A stretch of DNA of 64,000 nucleotides from Callorhinchus milii (taxonomy: Eukaryota), in contig NW_024704742.1 of assembly GCF_018977255.1 (NCBI RefSeq), forward strand, positions 29,576,001-29,640,000, read 5' to 3'. This document shows positions 26,301 to 36,769 of this stretch, one piece after another. The notes below the pieces were generated by a model that was not told where the DNA came from, made no database searches, and was given only the letters and a program-made list of their open reading frames with translations. Position numbers and translations under genes: made by a program. The number at the start of each line of letters is the position of its first letter. The first letter of the stretch is position 1.

Positions 26301-27853
26301 ATAGTGGGAATTTAGACCATAATATTTTTAGTAGTTGTCTAACAGAGAGTGCAGGTGGCTAGAAAATTAGAACCAGCATGAAAGCTGATGGAAGCCAGAG
26401 CCAGATTGAAAATTCAAACAAGGCTTTATACTCTTTAGCCAACGCCAGCCCTTGTGTGGCTTCTTGAGTAAAGTCTATTTTTATAAGCACATTTGTGCAC
26501 ACCCCTGTTGACTTCATGGACAAAGGCACTGCCTAAAGGAGCACCAGGTTACAGCTTTGAACGATGGGTCTGTGTTAAGGTACCTGATCTCAACCAGCAG
26601 TAGCTGAAGCACTGGGCCTGATCCAGTGACTCCAGGTTAGCTAATCACTATCCAGAAACTACTTTTGCAATATAATAATAATAATAATAATAACAATAAT
26701 AATAATAATCCTTGCATTTGATATAGCGCTTTTCACGTCGGGAGGACGTCCCAAAGCGCTTCACAGAATATACTGTAAAGTGAATTGACTGTATATTTGT
26801 GGGCGAAATATATGCTCACATGGATGGAGAGAGCCACAGGATCAAAGAGCATAAACTCCACCCAAAGCTCACACATGAAAAGTGCAACTCGAGTGAGGTG
26901 GTCCTGGAGGAGGTTCAGGGCCTGTGATATTGTTCTCTCCCCCCCCCCCCCCCCCCACCCCCCCTGAGAAGAAATATAAGGCAAATCAGAGCTCAGGAGA
27001 GATTTTTTTTAAAAAAGCTTAGAGTTAAATTGAAGAGGCCCGAGGCAGCATCCTCACCTCTCAGGGGGAAATCCAAGCAAGTTAGTCTCTTAAAGCAACC
27101 AAGACATTTATAGAGACTTTTTGCCCACAAATATAGTCATCTACTTTACAATATATTCTGTGAAGCGCTTTGAGATGTCTCAACGATGTAATATGGCGCT
27201 ATATCAAAATGCAAGGAATATTATTGTTACTATTGCTATTATACTGACATTTATATTGTCATTAAACCACATGGTGATGAGGGATGTTTATTATAATGCA
27301 ATGACATTACAGTATTTCCAGATCAGACAATGTACTAAAAGAGAGAGAGCAGACGGGATACACTGTAGCAAGCATCTTCAGATGAGTTAGGCTCAAATGA
27401 AACAGCAAAGCACTGCACTCAATGTGAACTACAGTCGAAGTACAGCTTTATCTTTGGCGTAAAAGGTTATTTACACCAAGTTCAATAGTAAAGGGTGGGA
27501 GGAGGATTGATGGGGAAGAGAAGAAACTGCACGTAGCCCAGGGAAGCAGATCGTATATACTGTAAACAATGTAGTGCAAGACAAAAACAAGACACCTTCT
27601 AAACACAGTGAGGCGTATCTAGGTTAGATGTATAAAGAACAATACAAACCTCTCTGGTGATGTAAAAGGTGTCTAGACAAAGCGGTAAGCTTCAAATTGA
27701 TGGACTTGTGATTTTTTTTTTACCTGCCATCAAAAAAATAGAACTTCCCGCGACCATTCTTCTCCGCGTGTACAAAATGCCCTTCAAATCTGTCACTAGA
27801 GGAATAGGTTACTTTACAGAACCCATGCGGCTGGTTATCTTCATCCAGGGGAC
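14140..27853 (-). CDS. SETD7: Histone-lysine N-methyltransferase SETD7 (SET7/9), exons 2-8; exon 1 not visible
   Basis: Seven exons (130, 202, 190, 82, 118, 158, 175 nt) with GT-AG borders join in frame. They encode MORN-like repeats and a SET domain with [17 protein letters not shown] and [10 protein letters not shown] motifs. Confidence 0.97.
14613..14970 (+). mobile_element. Full-length tRNA-derived SINE (long form)
   Basis: tcctgtagtgtagtggttggagcac...ggttcgattcc...caaggattattatt. Confidence 0.88.
15337..15494 (-). CDS. SETD7: SETD7 exon 7
   Basis: gcag|GTGGAT...GCCCC|gtaagt; [52 protein letters not shown]; 158 nt. Confidence 0.96.
15580..15697 (-). CDS. SETD7: SETD7 exon 6
   Basis: ctag|AGTGTACGTT...GAGGAG|gtgagc; [39 protein letters not shown]; 118 nt. 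Confidence 0.95.
15788..16225 (-). mobile_element. Deu-domain SINE in a SETD7 intron
   Basis: rc tgtcaccctggctcagttggcagaactctcgcc...gatgagatgttaaaccg...aaagatcccatagcac. Confidence 0.75.
16305..16770 (-). mobile_element. L2 3' fragment with an internal inverted duplication
   Basis: [31 protein letters not shown] motif; (TTG)n tail near 16305. Confidence 0.88.
17708..17789 (-). CDS. SETD7: SETD7 exon 5
   Basis: ccag|GTCCAGTT...GAGAG|gttgtc; [28 protein letters not shown]; 82 nt (too short for the ORF track). Confidence 0.92.
18443..18799 (-). mobile_element. Full-length tRNA-derived SINE (long form)
   Basis: Reverse complement of the consensus; head at ~18799. Confidence 0.88.
18922..19111 (-). 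CDS. SETD7: SETD7 exon 4
   Basis: cag|GACAGAGGC...GCTG|gtaaga; [26 protein letters not shown]...[10 protein letters not shown]; 190 nt. Confidence 0.95.
19540..21265 (-). mobile_element. 5'-truncated L2-clade LINE in a SETD7 intron
   Basis: ORF 19832..20797 with [29 protein letters not shown]; same family as 1392-3060. Confidence 0.92.
22604..22805 (-). CDS. SETD7: SETD7 exon 3
   Basis: ttag|CATACTTGAAGGG...TTTTTG|gtaagc; [21 protein letters not shown]...GVCWIYFL; 202 nt. Confidence 0.95.
23180..23520 (+). mobile_element. Ancient SINE relic, AmnSINE2-like
   Basis: cagacagggaagatcccaggctcaatc...gctggaaagtgcg...gaggatcaggct...cacttacagtctagg; related copies at ~22180-22540(+), 34440-34855(-), 62570-62880(+). 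Family name from recalled consensus. Confidence 0.55.
24476..24790 (+). mobile_element. Full-length tRNA-derived SINE (short form)
   Basis: gagtcctgtagctcagtggttagagcac...ggttcaattcc...caaggattatt. Confidence 0.9.
25343..25580 (-). mobile_element. tRNA-derived SINE, 5'-truncated
   Basis: Reverse complement of the 3' two-thirds of the consensus. Confidence 0.8.
26672..26808 (-). mobile_element. SINE 3' end with L2-type tail and long (TTA)n
   Basis: (aat)n ccttgcatttgatatagcgcttttcacgtcgggaggacgtcccaaagcgc. Confidence 0.85.
27724..27853 (-). CDS. SETD7: SETD7 exon 2
   Basis: tag|GTCCCCTGGATGAAG...GATGGCAG|gta; [43 protein letters not shown]; 130 nt. Confidence 0.95.
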
Positions 27854-28889
27854 CTACAACAGGAACATTTTTAAACTTATTGAATCTTTGCGCACACACA
27901 CATACACACAGAGAAATTTAATTATCTTAAGCCAAAACAGTTTGCATCGCTGTCTTCTTGTACCAGCACTAACTTAACACTACCAACTGCATTCAATTCC
28001 CGTTAAGTAAGGAGAGAGAAGAAAGACAGGAGAATTTGGGAGATAAATAGATGGAGAACAAGGACCTGTTTTCTCGCAGGTTTGTGAAAGATGCTTCGAC
28101 AAACTTTCCGGACTGGGGTGACTGCTCACAGATAAAATAACAGGCTTGTGGTTTTTTTTGATGGGGAAAAGTCATTGTCACAAGGGAGAGAATCAGACCC
28201 CGGTCCCCCTCTCAAGGCGCTCGTCCCACTGCAGAATCTCAAATTGGGGAAACAATTTATGACATGCCCATAAAAAAAACCTGCAATTGAGATTAATCTC
28301 AGGAGCTGGCAACAAAATCGCCAATCATCTCCCTCCCACAAGATAAAGATCAAACACTACTGTGTGATTTGCAGGTTGTTAAAATGTTAATAAACTTTCC
28401 CTACTTTACTTCTCTTCCCGATTAAGTAGCGACAGTGATGTAAGACAGGTTTTATCATTGCAAACCACTGTGCACCAGTGGCTACACTCTGTACATCACA
28501 ACACAGGTTACATAACATTTATATAAGCCATTTGCATGGTTAAACATTGTATATTTATTCACATTCCTGCTCTGGAGGTGTGGGGGGGGGGGGGGGGGGG
28601 GGGGGGGTGGGAGAGAGTCAGGAGACTGAGAGTCTAATAACGACAGAAACTTTTCAAATTTTTTTTTACACAACAACACAACAAATTTAAAAAATTAAAA
28701 GGGAAGTTTTTTTTAAAAAAAATAAATAAAATGAATGAAAGAAAAAAGTCATGGCAGAATCGAAAATAAAAGCCCCACCAAAAAAAAAGAAGCCCCCCCC
28801 CCACCCCCCACCCACGTTGCACTTGCAAAATACTTTACTGTGCAAAATGCATTTCAGGTAATAAATGTTTTAAGGGTATGCAAATGTAT

Positions 28890-29379
28890 GAGAGAGGAGA
28901 GGGGGGGAGGGAGAGAGGAGAGGGGGAGGAGGGGGAGAGGGGAGGAGTGGGGGAGGGGGAGAGGAGAGTGGGCGGGAGGGGGAGAGGAGAGTGGGCGGGA
29001 GGGGGAGAGGAGAGTGGGGGGGAGGGGAGAGGAGAGTGGGGGGGAGGGGGAGAGGAGAGTGGGGGGGAGGGGGAGAGGAGAGTGGGGGGGAGAGGAGAGT
29101 GGGGGGGAGAGGAGAGTGGGGGGGAGGGGGAGAGGAGAGTGGGGGGGGAGAGGAGAGTGGGGGGGAGGGGGAGAGGAGAGTGGGGGGGAGGGGGAGAGGA
29201 GAGTGGGGGAGAGGAGAGTGGGGGGAGAGGAGAGTGGGGGGGAGAGGGGAGTGGGGGAGGGGGAGAGGAGAGTGGGGGAGGGGGAGGGAGAGTGGGGGAG
29301 GGGGAGAAGAGAGTGGGGGGGGAGAGGGAGAGTGGGGGGAGAGTGGGGGGGAGAGTGGAGGAGTGGGGGGGAGAGTGGG
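28890..29379 (+). repeat. G-rich polypurine tandem repeat, unit ~(GGAGAGGAGAGTGGGGGGGAGG)n
   Basis: Directly visible; nearly C-free on the + strand; runs into the assembly gap. Confidence 0.95.
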
Positions 29380-29409
29380 NNNNNNNNNNNNNNNNNNNNN
29401 NNNNNNNNN
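29380..29409. other. Assembly gap (30 N; true size unknown)
   Basis: Run of N. Confidence 0.99.
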
Positions 29410-29427
29410 CCCTCGCCGCACAATCCC

Positions 29428-29450
29428 TGCTGCGTCATAAGTTACATAAC
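29428..29450. promoter_or_regulatory. Adjacent ARE/MARE-like and PAR-bZIP D-box motifs
   Basis: TGCTGCGTCAT (rc ATGACGCAGCA = RTGACnnnGCA) at 29428-29438 and GTTACATAAC (rc GTTATGTAAC) at 29441-29450, immediately right of the gap. Confidence 0.4.
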
Positions 29451-29589
29451 CATAACCGTCAGACTCCAGAGGACATAGCCATAAATCGCTATATCAAATG
29501 CAAGGATTATTATTATTATAAGCCATTTTGTACCTAAATCCTCTTGTGATTGCAGCTGTTGCTAGTTCAGCTGTGTATAGCTTTCTGGT

Positions 29590-30022
29590 TGTCAGCTTAG
29601 TTCAGGTCTTAGCATTCTTCCCTCTGAGTCAGAAGTTTGTGGGTTCAAGTCTCATTGGGACTTGAAACTGAATATAATCTAAGATGACAGTCCAATGCAG
29701 TGCTGAGGTGTGATGCATTGTTGGAGGTGCTGACCTTTGGATGAGATGTTAAACAAAATTCTGTCTCGGGGGATGTTAAAGATCCCATGGCTCTATTCAA
29801 AACAAGAAGGGAGTTTCTCTCTCTCGGTGTCCTGGCCAATAATCCCCAAATAAAATTGGTCACTCATTCTATAGCTGGTTGTGAGATATATCTGTGGGCA
29901 TATTGCTGTCACTTTCACCCACACAACACAGTCACTCCACTTACGAGTGAATCCTGTGAAGTGCTTTGGGACCTCCTCCCGACATGAAAGGCACTCTATC
30001 AAATGCAAGGATTGTATTGTTG
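29590..30022 (+). mobile_element. Deu-domain SINE with L2-type tail
   Basis: ggatgagatgttaaac...gttaaagatcccatggctctatt...gggacctcctcccgacatgaaaggcactctatc. Confidence 0.78.
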
Positions 30023-30138
30023 TTGGTTGCACTATTTTCATGCCACCAAATTGGGGTAAAGAAGTAGTAATCAAATAGGTATTGTGATAGGCTCCAGCAT
30101 GTTTACGTCCTAAAATTATCCTTATTTTCTGTGTGCAG

Positions 30139-30238
30139 CCTACTTTGCCAAATTGGTGGGATACGCCAGGAAAAAGTATAAAGTTGTTCCACCAGCAATT
30201 ACAGGAACCCCTGAGTTCGAAAGAATCTTGCGTGCACA
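30139..30238 (+). CDS. MGST2: MGST2 exon 2
   Basis: gcag|CCTACTTTGCC...CGTGCACA|gtaaat; MAPEG motif [17 protein letters not shown]. Confidence 0.93.
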
Positions 30239-33200
30239 GTAAATTCACAGGAATTATTTGATATACTAACTCTAAGTAAGAGACAGAGTTCTTTTTCTCT
30301 GCACCAGGTGAGACTGTGGTAAATCTTAGAAAGCTTGGCGGACAAATAAGTCAAGATCTCTGTTCTTCTGTAAATCACCTGTCCCTCTCCAATCTTTCAA
30401 GCAGAACTCTAATACTCATATGTAAGTAGTTCCAGCTGTGTAATGGATCTGGTCAGTCCACACCTGGAATACTGTGTACTGGTCACTGGTTGGAGATGTT
30501 CAAATCCTGAATGCAATGCAGAGGACAGCAATTTGGCTAATCCCCGGTGTTATAAGGCAAGGGCTCTTCAGTCTCATCATGTGATATTTAAGAGAGCATC
30601 ATATAGAAGCATTTAAGATACTAAATGGGATTAGGAAAGTTAAACTCAGAGCAATGCTTTTAGTCAAGTCAAGACAGCAGGACACAGATTCAGGGTTTTG
30701 AAGGTCAATTTTAGTTCAGACATCAAGGAAGTATTTCAGAATACAATTGATGGCTGGAATGTTTTACCAGGAAGCTTGGGTGAAGACAGGACATTGAACT
30801 AATTTAAGAAACCGGTACTATAATGGGACAATAGTAAGGTTGGTATTTACGGTAAATGGGCCAAAGGGGATTGATTCTTTTCTCTGTACCTCTCTTGTGA
30901 ACATGGGCATGCAGATGTCAGTCAGAACTGGGTTTTGACCAATGGACTATAGTCTCAGGAGAAGAATTGGAAGGGAGGAGGAGAATACAAGGAATTTCTT
31001 CATTCAGAGGGTTAGAGGGTTCACAATTTATTATAAAGTGACTATTGAGATTGGATCAATAGAATAATTCAGAATGGAACAGGATAACAACGTGAATAAG
31101 AAATATGGTGAAAGAGCTGAAAGTTTGGGCTGATAAAGAAAATGACCACCTGGAAAACAGAGGTAGGAGTGGCACGATGGGCCGAGCGCTGAAAATGTCT
31201 AAAAGTCAGACCAGCCTGCTTCCAAACCCCACATTCTGGTCTTCAGGGCTCTATGACAAACCTGTTTGAACAATTCCACCGAAACACACAAGTAGCGCAT
31301 TACTGAGTTACCCAAAGGAAAGCAATAAGCTCTGAAGATGTGGAATGCTCAGCCCAGAAAGCAGTAGAGGCAGAATCAACAGTGGTGTTTAAAAGACAGA
31401 TACTTGGGTAGTAGAGATATCAAGGGATCTGGTGAAAGGTGGGGACTGGGACTAGATCTACCATGATCTGGTAAACTGGTGGAACATGCCTGATAAGCTG
31501 ACTAGCCTCCTCCTGTTCCTCTGTATTTCTTATGTCTCATTTCCTCTTATACTTATTGTGTACAGGTTGAACTCGGTTGAATTTCACACAGTTTTCCTGG
31601 TGGTCTTGTGGGCTGCGGGATGGTTCTTTAATGAAGGTGAGTGGCATGGTCCTAAACTGTGTTAATATCAGCGATCGATCCCTTTCATCTCTTTCTTTCT
31701 CCGATCATGAGCTCAAACTTGGGAATCATAAAATGTAACTCGAGTCAGTCTGGTCAGCCGGCATGTTACTCTGCCAGTATCTCTGCTATGTATGAAATGT
31801 GAGAGTGTGGGATTGTGTCCGTTCTTCCTCATTTGGAGCGAAAACTGAAGTAGAAGTAATGCAGGCAATTCATTACACAGCGATCCTGCCAGTCTGTTAC
31901 ACACAGCATTGGAAGAGAGAAAACAACAAGGTGAAAAGTGTGAGATTGAATGTGATAAATAGCCCATAAATAACAGAGTGAATGTGATAAATAGCCCATC
32001 AAATCTTCCGTACAGTATGGCAATTTTAGCCAATTATTATTGACTGTTTTCCACGTGAACAACCCCCCTCTCCATTCTTCCCCTCTCCCCCCTCCCCCTT
32101 GACTTTGGCACAGTTGTTGGGCTGATAAGATTTCAATGCTGTCATTGTTATTTCTGATCATGGAAAGTGGTGTTTCTGTGCCGTGTTACAGAACACCAAC
32201 CTAACATGGATACTGTTTGAAGCTGGGTTGAAACTCTGTTCTCCATGGTCAGCAACAGTAATGACGGCAGATAGTGAGAACACTGTGGAGTCCTGTAGCA
32301 TATTGATTAGATCAATCATCTCACAAGCAAGAGGACCTGGTTCAATTCCCGTGCAGTGCGAAACATTAGGCATTAGGGTGTAACAATCCCTTCAAAAAAA
32401 ATCACCCCCCAAAAAAATTATTTGATCACAAAGTACACAGTCAATTCACTTTGCAGTATATCTTGTGAAGCGATTTGAGGCGTCTTGAAGACGTGATAAG
32501 GCGCTATATCAAGTGTAAGGATTATTATTAATATAGCTCACAATTTTCTGACTCAGAGGTGAGAGCCAGGTAACATGGTACTGAGATCAATGGGGGCAGG
32601 TGGGTAGGGGGAGACGGGCAGGAAGAGAAATTAAATGAAATTTAATTTGCCTGAATTCCTTTCACTGCTTCAGTAATTGCCTCGATCCTTGGTCTTGTAT
32701 ACATCTTTAGTCGCCACAAGTACTTCCATGGATACGCAGAGTCGGCAAAAGCAAGGTAAGTGCAGACACCCATTCTGTGGCTTCTCCCACTCCTCTGCCC
32801 AGGGCCTCCCTCCCTCTGCCTACACCATGGCACAAGAGAGGACAGACAAGTAGTCTGCTTCCTGCCAGGCTTCTGCTTACATTTCACTGCAAGCTAGTCA
32901 CAACAACAACAACTTGCACTTATATAGCGCCCTCCACACAGGGTAGCGTCTCAGAGCACTTAGATCAGCACTTAGGAGTACTCAGAGAACAAGATCACAA
33001 GATTGGTTTGGATGAAGAAAACTCCTTGGCCCATCTAATCTTATCCCTCCATAACATCCACCCTACCGTACCCCCAATCACAACATCAAACTGCTTTTTA
33101 AATGAGTCCAGTGTCCATCCTTCATCGCAACTTGTTCCAGTCATTAATTACCCTCTGGGTAAATAAAACTTCCTGGTGTCTGTCCTAAAATTGCCCACTA

Positions 33201-33717
33201 CAACTCTAAACTCGTCCTCTTGTTCTGCTGTCTTGGTGCATCCTAAAGTAGATACAGGAACACTGCCTGGGTCAAGTATCTCCGATGGTTTTCCTCTCCT
33301 CCCTTTTCCTGGGGATTGTCTGGTGACACATAGTGACACAGTGAGCTCTGCACTACTGTAAAATCTGAATAAGGTGGAGGTATTTACATGTGCTTGAACT
33401 TCAGAATTAATGTGCACTTGATGTCATAAAGTGCATTGCATCCTAAGGGCAATTAATAGTCTGGGAAGGGGTATACTTATTGGAATCTAAAGTGCTTAAT
33501 TTGACAATAAAAACTTTGTTGCTTTCAAATGTGTTTGATCGATGGATTGATCATGTTTGTTGATGATATGATTTCCGTTTCCAGGGTTCCCGCTTTCAAT
33601 CTGGGTGTTTCCATGTTGTCGATTCTCCTTGGAATGAGCTTTCTTGGACTCGTCAATTGCGTGGCTGACCACTATTTTGATGTTGACGTAATGAAACATA
33701 TCTCCAAATTATTTTGA
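30139..33717 (+). CDS. MGST2: Microsomal glutathione S-transferase 2 (MAPEG family), exons 2-5; exon 1 not visible
   Basis: Exons of 100/71/82/133 nt join in frame: [127 protein letters not shown]. Position between SETD7 and MAML3 matches known vertebrate synteny. Confidence 0.93.
30440..30900 (+). mobile_element. Decayed CR1 fragment in MGST2 intron 2
   Basis: ctggtcagtccacacctggaatactgtgta ([10 protein letters not shown]) followed by degraded CR1 3' sequence. Confidence 0.65.
31566..31636 (+). CDS. MGST2: MGST2 exon 3
   Basis: acag|GTTGAAC...AATGAAG|gtgagt; [23 protein letters not shown]. Confidence 0.92.
32287..32530 (+). mobile_element. tRNA-derived SINE, internally deleted
   Basis: Head ggagtcctgtagc and tail gataaggcgctatatcaagtgtaaggattatta. 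Confidence 0.75.
32674..32755 (+). CDS. MGST2: MGST2 exon 4
   Basis: tcag|TAATTGCC...GCAAG|gtaagt; [27 protein letters not shown]. Confidence 0.93.
33020..33235 (-). mobile_element. CR1 3' fragment
   Basis: [15 protein letters not shown]; similar to 63650-63800. Confidence 0.6.
33585..33717 (+). CDS. MGST2: MGST2 exon 5 (coding part, TGA stop)
   Basis: ccag|GGTTCCCGCT...[49 protein letters not shown]. Confidence 0.9.
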
Positions 33718-33767
33718 ACTGCCGATTGCATTAAGAGCCTTAGTAAGCAATATTTGGGTTGCAAGTC

Positions 33768-33838
33768 AATAAATAGAGATGTTCATTGTATGAAGGTGTA
33801 TGGTTTACTATATATAGAGGCATGTTTCATTGAATAAA
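33768..33838 (+). terminator. MGST2 polyadenylation signals
   Basis: AATAAA at 33768-33773 and 33833-33838, each followed by GT-rich sequence, about 50 and 115 nt after the stop. Confidence 0.6.
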
Positions 33839-33999
33839 GGTGTGTGAGTACTGATATGATGGTGTGTGGGCTCTGATATGATAGAGTGTGGGTTCTAATG
33901 TGATGGTGTATGGCTCATTTAGGGAAATTCAACATGGGAGTACTTTGACAGGACAAATATCCACTTATTGAGCAGTTTCTGTGGTTTGGGTCTTTGTAC

Positions 34000-34290
34000 A
34001 ACAAGAATTTAGATTTATGAAGTGCCTTTCACATAAGGAGGATATCTCAAAGTGCTTCATACTTGGGAGCCCGAGCAGGAAGGAGAAGGTGGCCAAAGGT
34101 GCAGAAAAGATAGGTCTTAAGGCAGGTTTTGAAGGCAGAGAAGGAGCAAGGTGGAGGGACTCCAGGATGAAATCCCAGATTGTGTGTGTGTGGTGGGGGG
34201 GGGGCAGAATGCCTGAATGCTCATCCCCTGATGATAAGGAGGAGCGAGTTGGAGGGTACATGATGCAGGCTGGTATTTCCTGAGTAGAGG
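34000..34290 (-). mobile_element. Old L2 3' fragment
   Basis: ggtcttaaggcaggttttgaaggcagagaaggagcaaggtggaggga resembles the 3' end of other L2 copies. Confidence 0.55.
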
Positions 34291-34439
34291 GAACGGATGG
34301 GGCAGAAGGGTTCTCCCTTCGTTTGGTGCTACATGTGCTGTTCAATTTATAGTGAGTGACCCTGCTACAGTTTTACTGCTTTAAACTCTAAACGATTAGT
34401 TTTCAAGAACTCTTTGTTGTAAACATGTTTTCGCCTAAT

Positions 34440-34855
34440 CCTCTCTATTTCTCCTCCTCTTCTGAAGGTGCTGACCTGTGTTGGGGTTCAGTGACACAGG
34501 CCCTGGCCTCTTGTACTTGCTGTACTTTCCCAAGTGGGCATTTTTCATACGCGAATGTCAGCAGTCCCTACTACTGTGGGCATATCACAGCCCAATCTGA
34601 TCCTGTCTGAACACAACATCCACACACCAGTACTTTCCAGTAGGCGTCATTGGATAGTTATCAAAAAGGGAAATCCTGTCTGTGTTTTTCCGCCTCCCTG
34701 TCTCAGAGTCACTAACTCGCATGATCTTCCTCCTGTTGCCTGGGTTAATGTCAGTACCTCAGTACAGGCAGGGGATCAAACTTTGGCTCCACCTGGTTAC
34801 ATTGTCCTGTTTACCATTTAGCACTGACTTCACCAACTGAGCCATCAGTGAGCCT
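34440..34855 (-). mobile_element. Ancient SINE relic, AmnSINE2-like
   Basis: ctcctctcttctgaaggtgctgac end; catatcacagcccaatctgatcctgtc; ggggatcaaactttggctcc. Confidence 0.55.
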
Positions 34856-34999
34856 GAAATCGAGCTTTTTGGAAGCAACTTTGGTGTTGGGTTATGTAAA
34901 AGTTTCAATTGAGATCAGAGGGAATAAGCATTGACCAGTGAAGAACTAACACTGCAGCCATGTTAGTGGGAGATAGAGAGGGTTAGACTTGGAATGCAT

Positions 35000-35245
35000 G
35001 TACAACAACAACAAATTACATAGCGCTGGACAAACAAGGATGTGCACCCGAGCTGAGAGTTGGGATCAGGAGGGATGGAGGGCAGGTGGGCTGGGGGTAG
35101 GAGGCTGACCGATGGTGCGGTGGAAGAGGTAGATCTTGAGGCAGGCTTTGAAGGAGGCAAGGGAGGGAGCAAGGTGAAGAGATTGTAGGATCGAGTTCCA
35201 AAGGGTGGGGAGAGTGAAGCTAAAGACCTGACCGCTGATGGCATA
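35000..35245 (-). mobile_element. L2 3' fragment
   Basis: caacaacaacaaattacatagcgctg tail plus ggcaggctttgaaggaggcaagggaggg. Confidence 0.7.
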
Positions 35246-36769
35246 AAGAAAATGTCTTCAGTAAAAAATTGAAAGAAACAAGAGGATGATCGACCATTTG
35301 TTTTACTTTTGGTCAGCTGGTTGTTTTATACACGGAAACCCATGCTTAGAGAGTATCCAAACCAGATTGAGACCTCCATATCAATGGAAATTTCTATGTC
35401 TGAAACTGAATGAGTTTGAGAACAGCTGGAGTTTAACCAGCTAAAATCGCAGAGCTTGCCATTGCGAATACTGTCTGGCAAGCTTACCGCTGCTTGTCCA
35501 GGGCTTTGTCTTGCAGGCTTAATAGGAGCTGAGTGGGAAGAATCCTTACCCCTAGTGACTGGTCTGTTTTGTTGATGAGCCAGGTTGCCTGGTCTGCCAT
35601 CAGCAGTGCCCTAAAATAATATGGACCCAGCCTGGCTCGGGGGTGGAGGTTTAGCGATTCAGCCACTGCACTGTGAGAGTGAAGGCTTTGTGCTCTGAAG
35701 GTGAGTGGGGGGGGGGTGGGTGGGATCCAGAGGAAGTTGATAAATGTGGCATGCAGAAGGTTACATAATGGGCAAGTCTGTGATGAGAGGAAAAACCAGC
35801 GTGGGAGGGAGAACCTAGCCCTGGGCAAACCCCTGAGTTTATGGAAGAAAGAGACTGTGATTGAACTGTCAATTAGAGAAGATGTTTGATGGCACAAGCC
35901 TTCAGTTTGTATCTGTGACCCTGGGGGGAGAGGAGAGGGAGGGGGAGAATGAAGGGGGCGGGAGAAGGAGGGGGAGAATGAAGGAGGCGGGAGAAGGAGG
36001 GGGAGGATGTATTTATACTGAACATTTTGCAGACTTAAGGTTTAAGTGAACTTTGCTAACATTCAGTGAGGGGATGGAGCGGAAAAAATCATTCTTAAGA
36101 CATTCAACCATATTTTCTTACCTGTCTATTACCCGACCTACACAGTTCAATGTAAAATCTGGTGACGGCAAATTACATGTGAATCCAGAGCAACGTTAGG
36201 CAGTAAAACATTGCTTGAAATCGAGCCATTTCAGTTTTTAAGAGGTAAACCACAGCTAAAAGTCTTTTGCTTTTAAGTCCTACTGCTGTAAATGTTTTTC
36301 ATTTCTAGGGTGTCTGTTCTCCTGCTGTGAATAATAAGGGTCATTTTAATTTTCTGACCAAAACCCTAATCTGCAAGTTCTGTTTCAATACTGGCTATAT
36401 CGCAACACCCTTTTTTTTCCCCATTGCTGGACTCTGGCGAGGTACCTCGCTAAAGTACTTTAGTCAAGGATATTTACATTGTTAAGGGTCTACCTAATGA
36501 AAATATCCTAATCAAAAACATTATGGAAAGCAGTCCTTCACAACGTTACTGATGGAAACATAAGTGTTTCTCTAAATAAATTAGTTTTTAAATTGCAACA
36601 TACTTTATAATGCACGTAAGTGTATGCTAATGCCCACTGAGCAGAATTATGGAAAATCAGTGTAATGGTACACTGCCAGCATGCAGAACACAGCAACCCA
36701 GAAAATCAAGCTTTCAGCAGTGTCCATTCATATTGACAGAACTGTATTGTGTGCAATGGGATTTGTAAC

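Noticed and set aside
28735..29537. Long Gly/Glu/Arg- and Pro/Ser/Leu-rich ORFs (149-247 aa) in several frames
   Set aside because: Artefacts of the stop-free G-rich tandem repeat plus the N gap.
29520..29610. Hydrophobic-reading stretch as MGST2 exon 1
   Set aside because: No ATG or suitable phase-1 donor, no similarity to the MGST2 N-terminus, and it runs into a Deu-SINE head.
31947..31998. 20-bp direct repeat tgaatgtgataaatagccca (twice) in MGST2 intron 3
   Set aside because: Simple local duplication with no supporting context.
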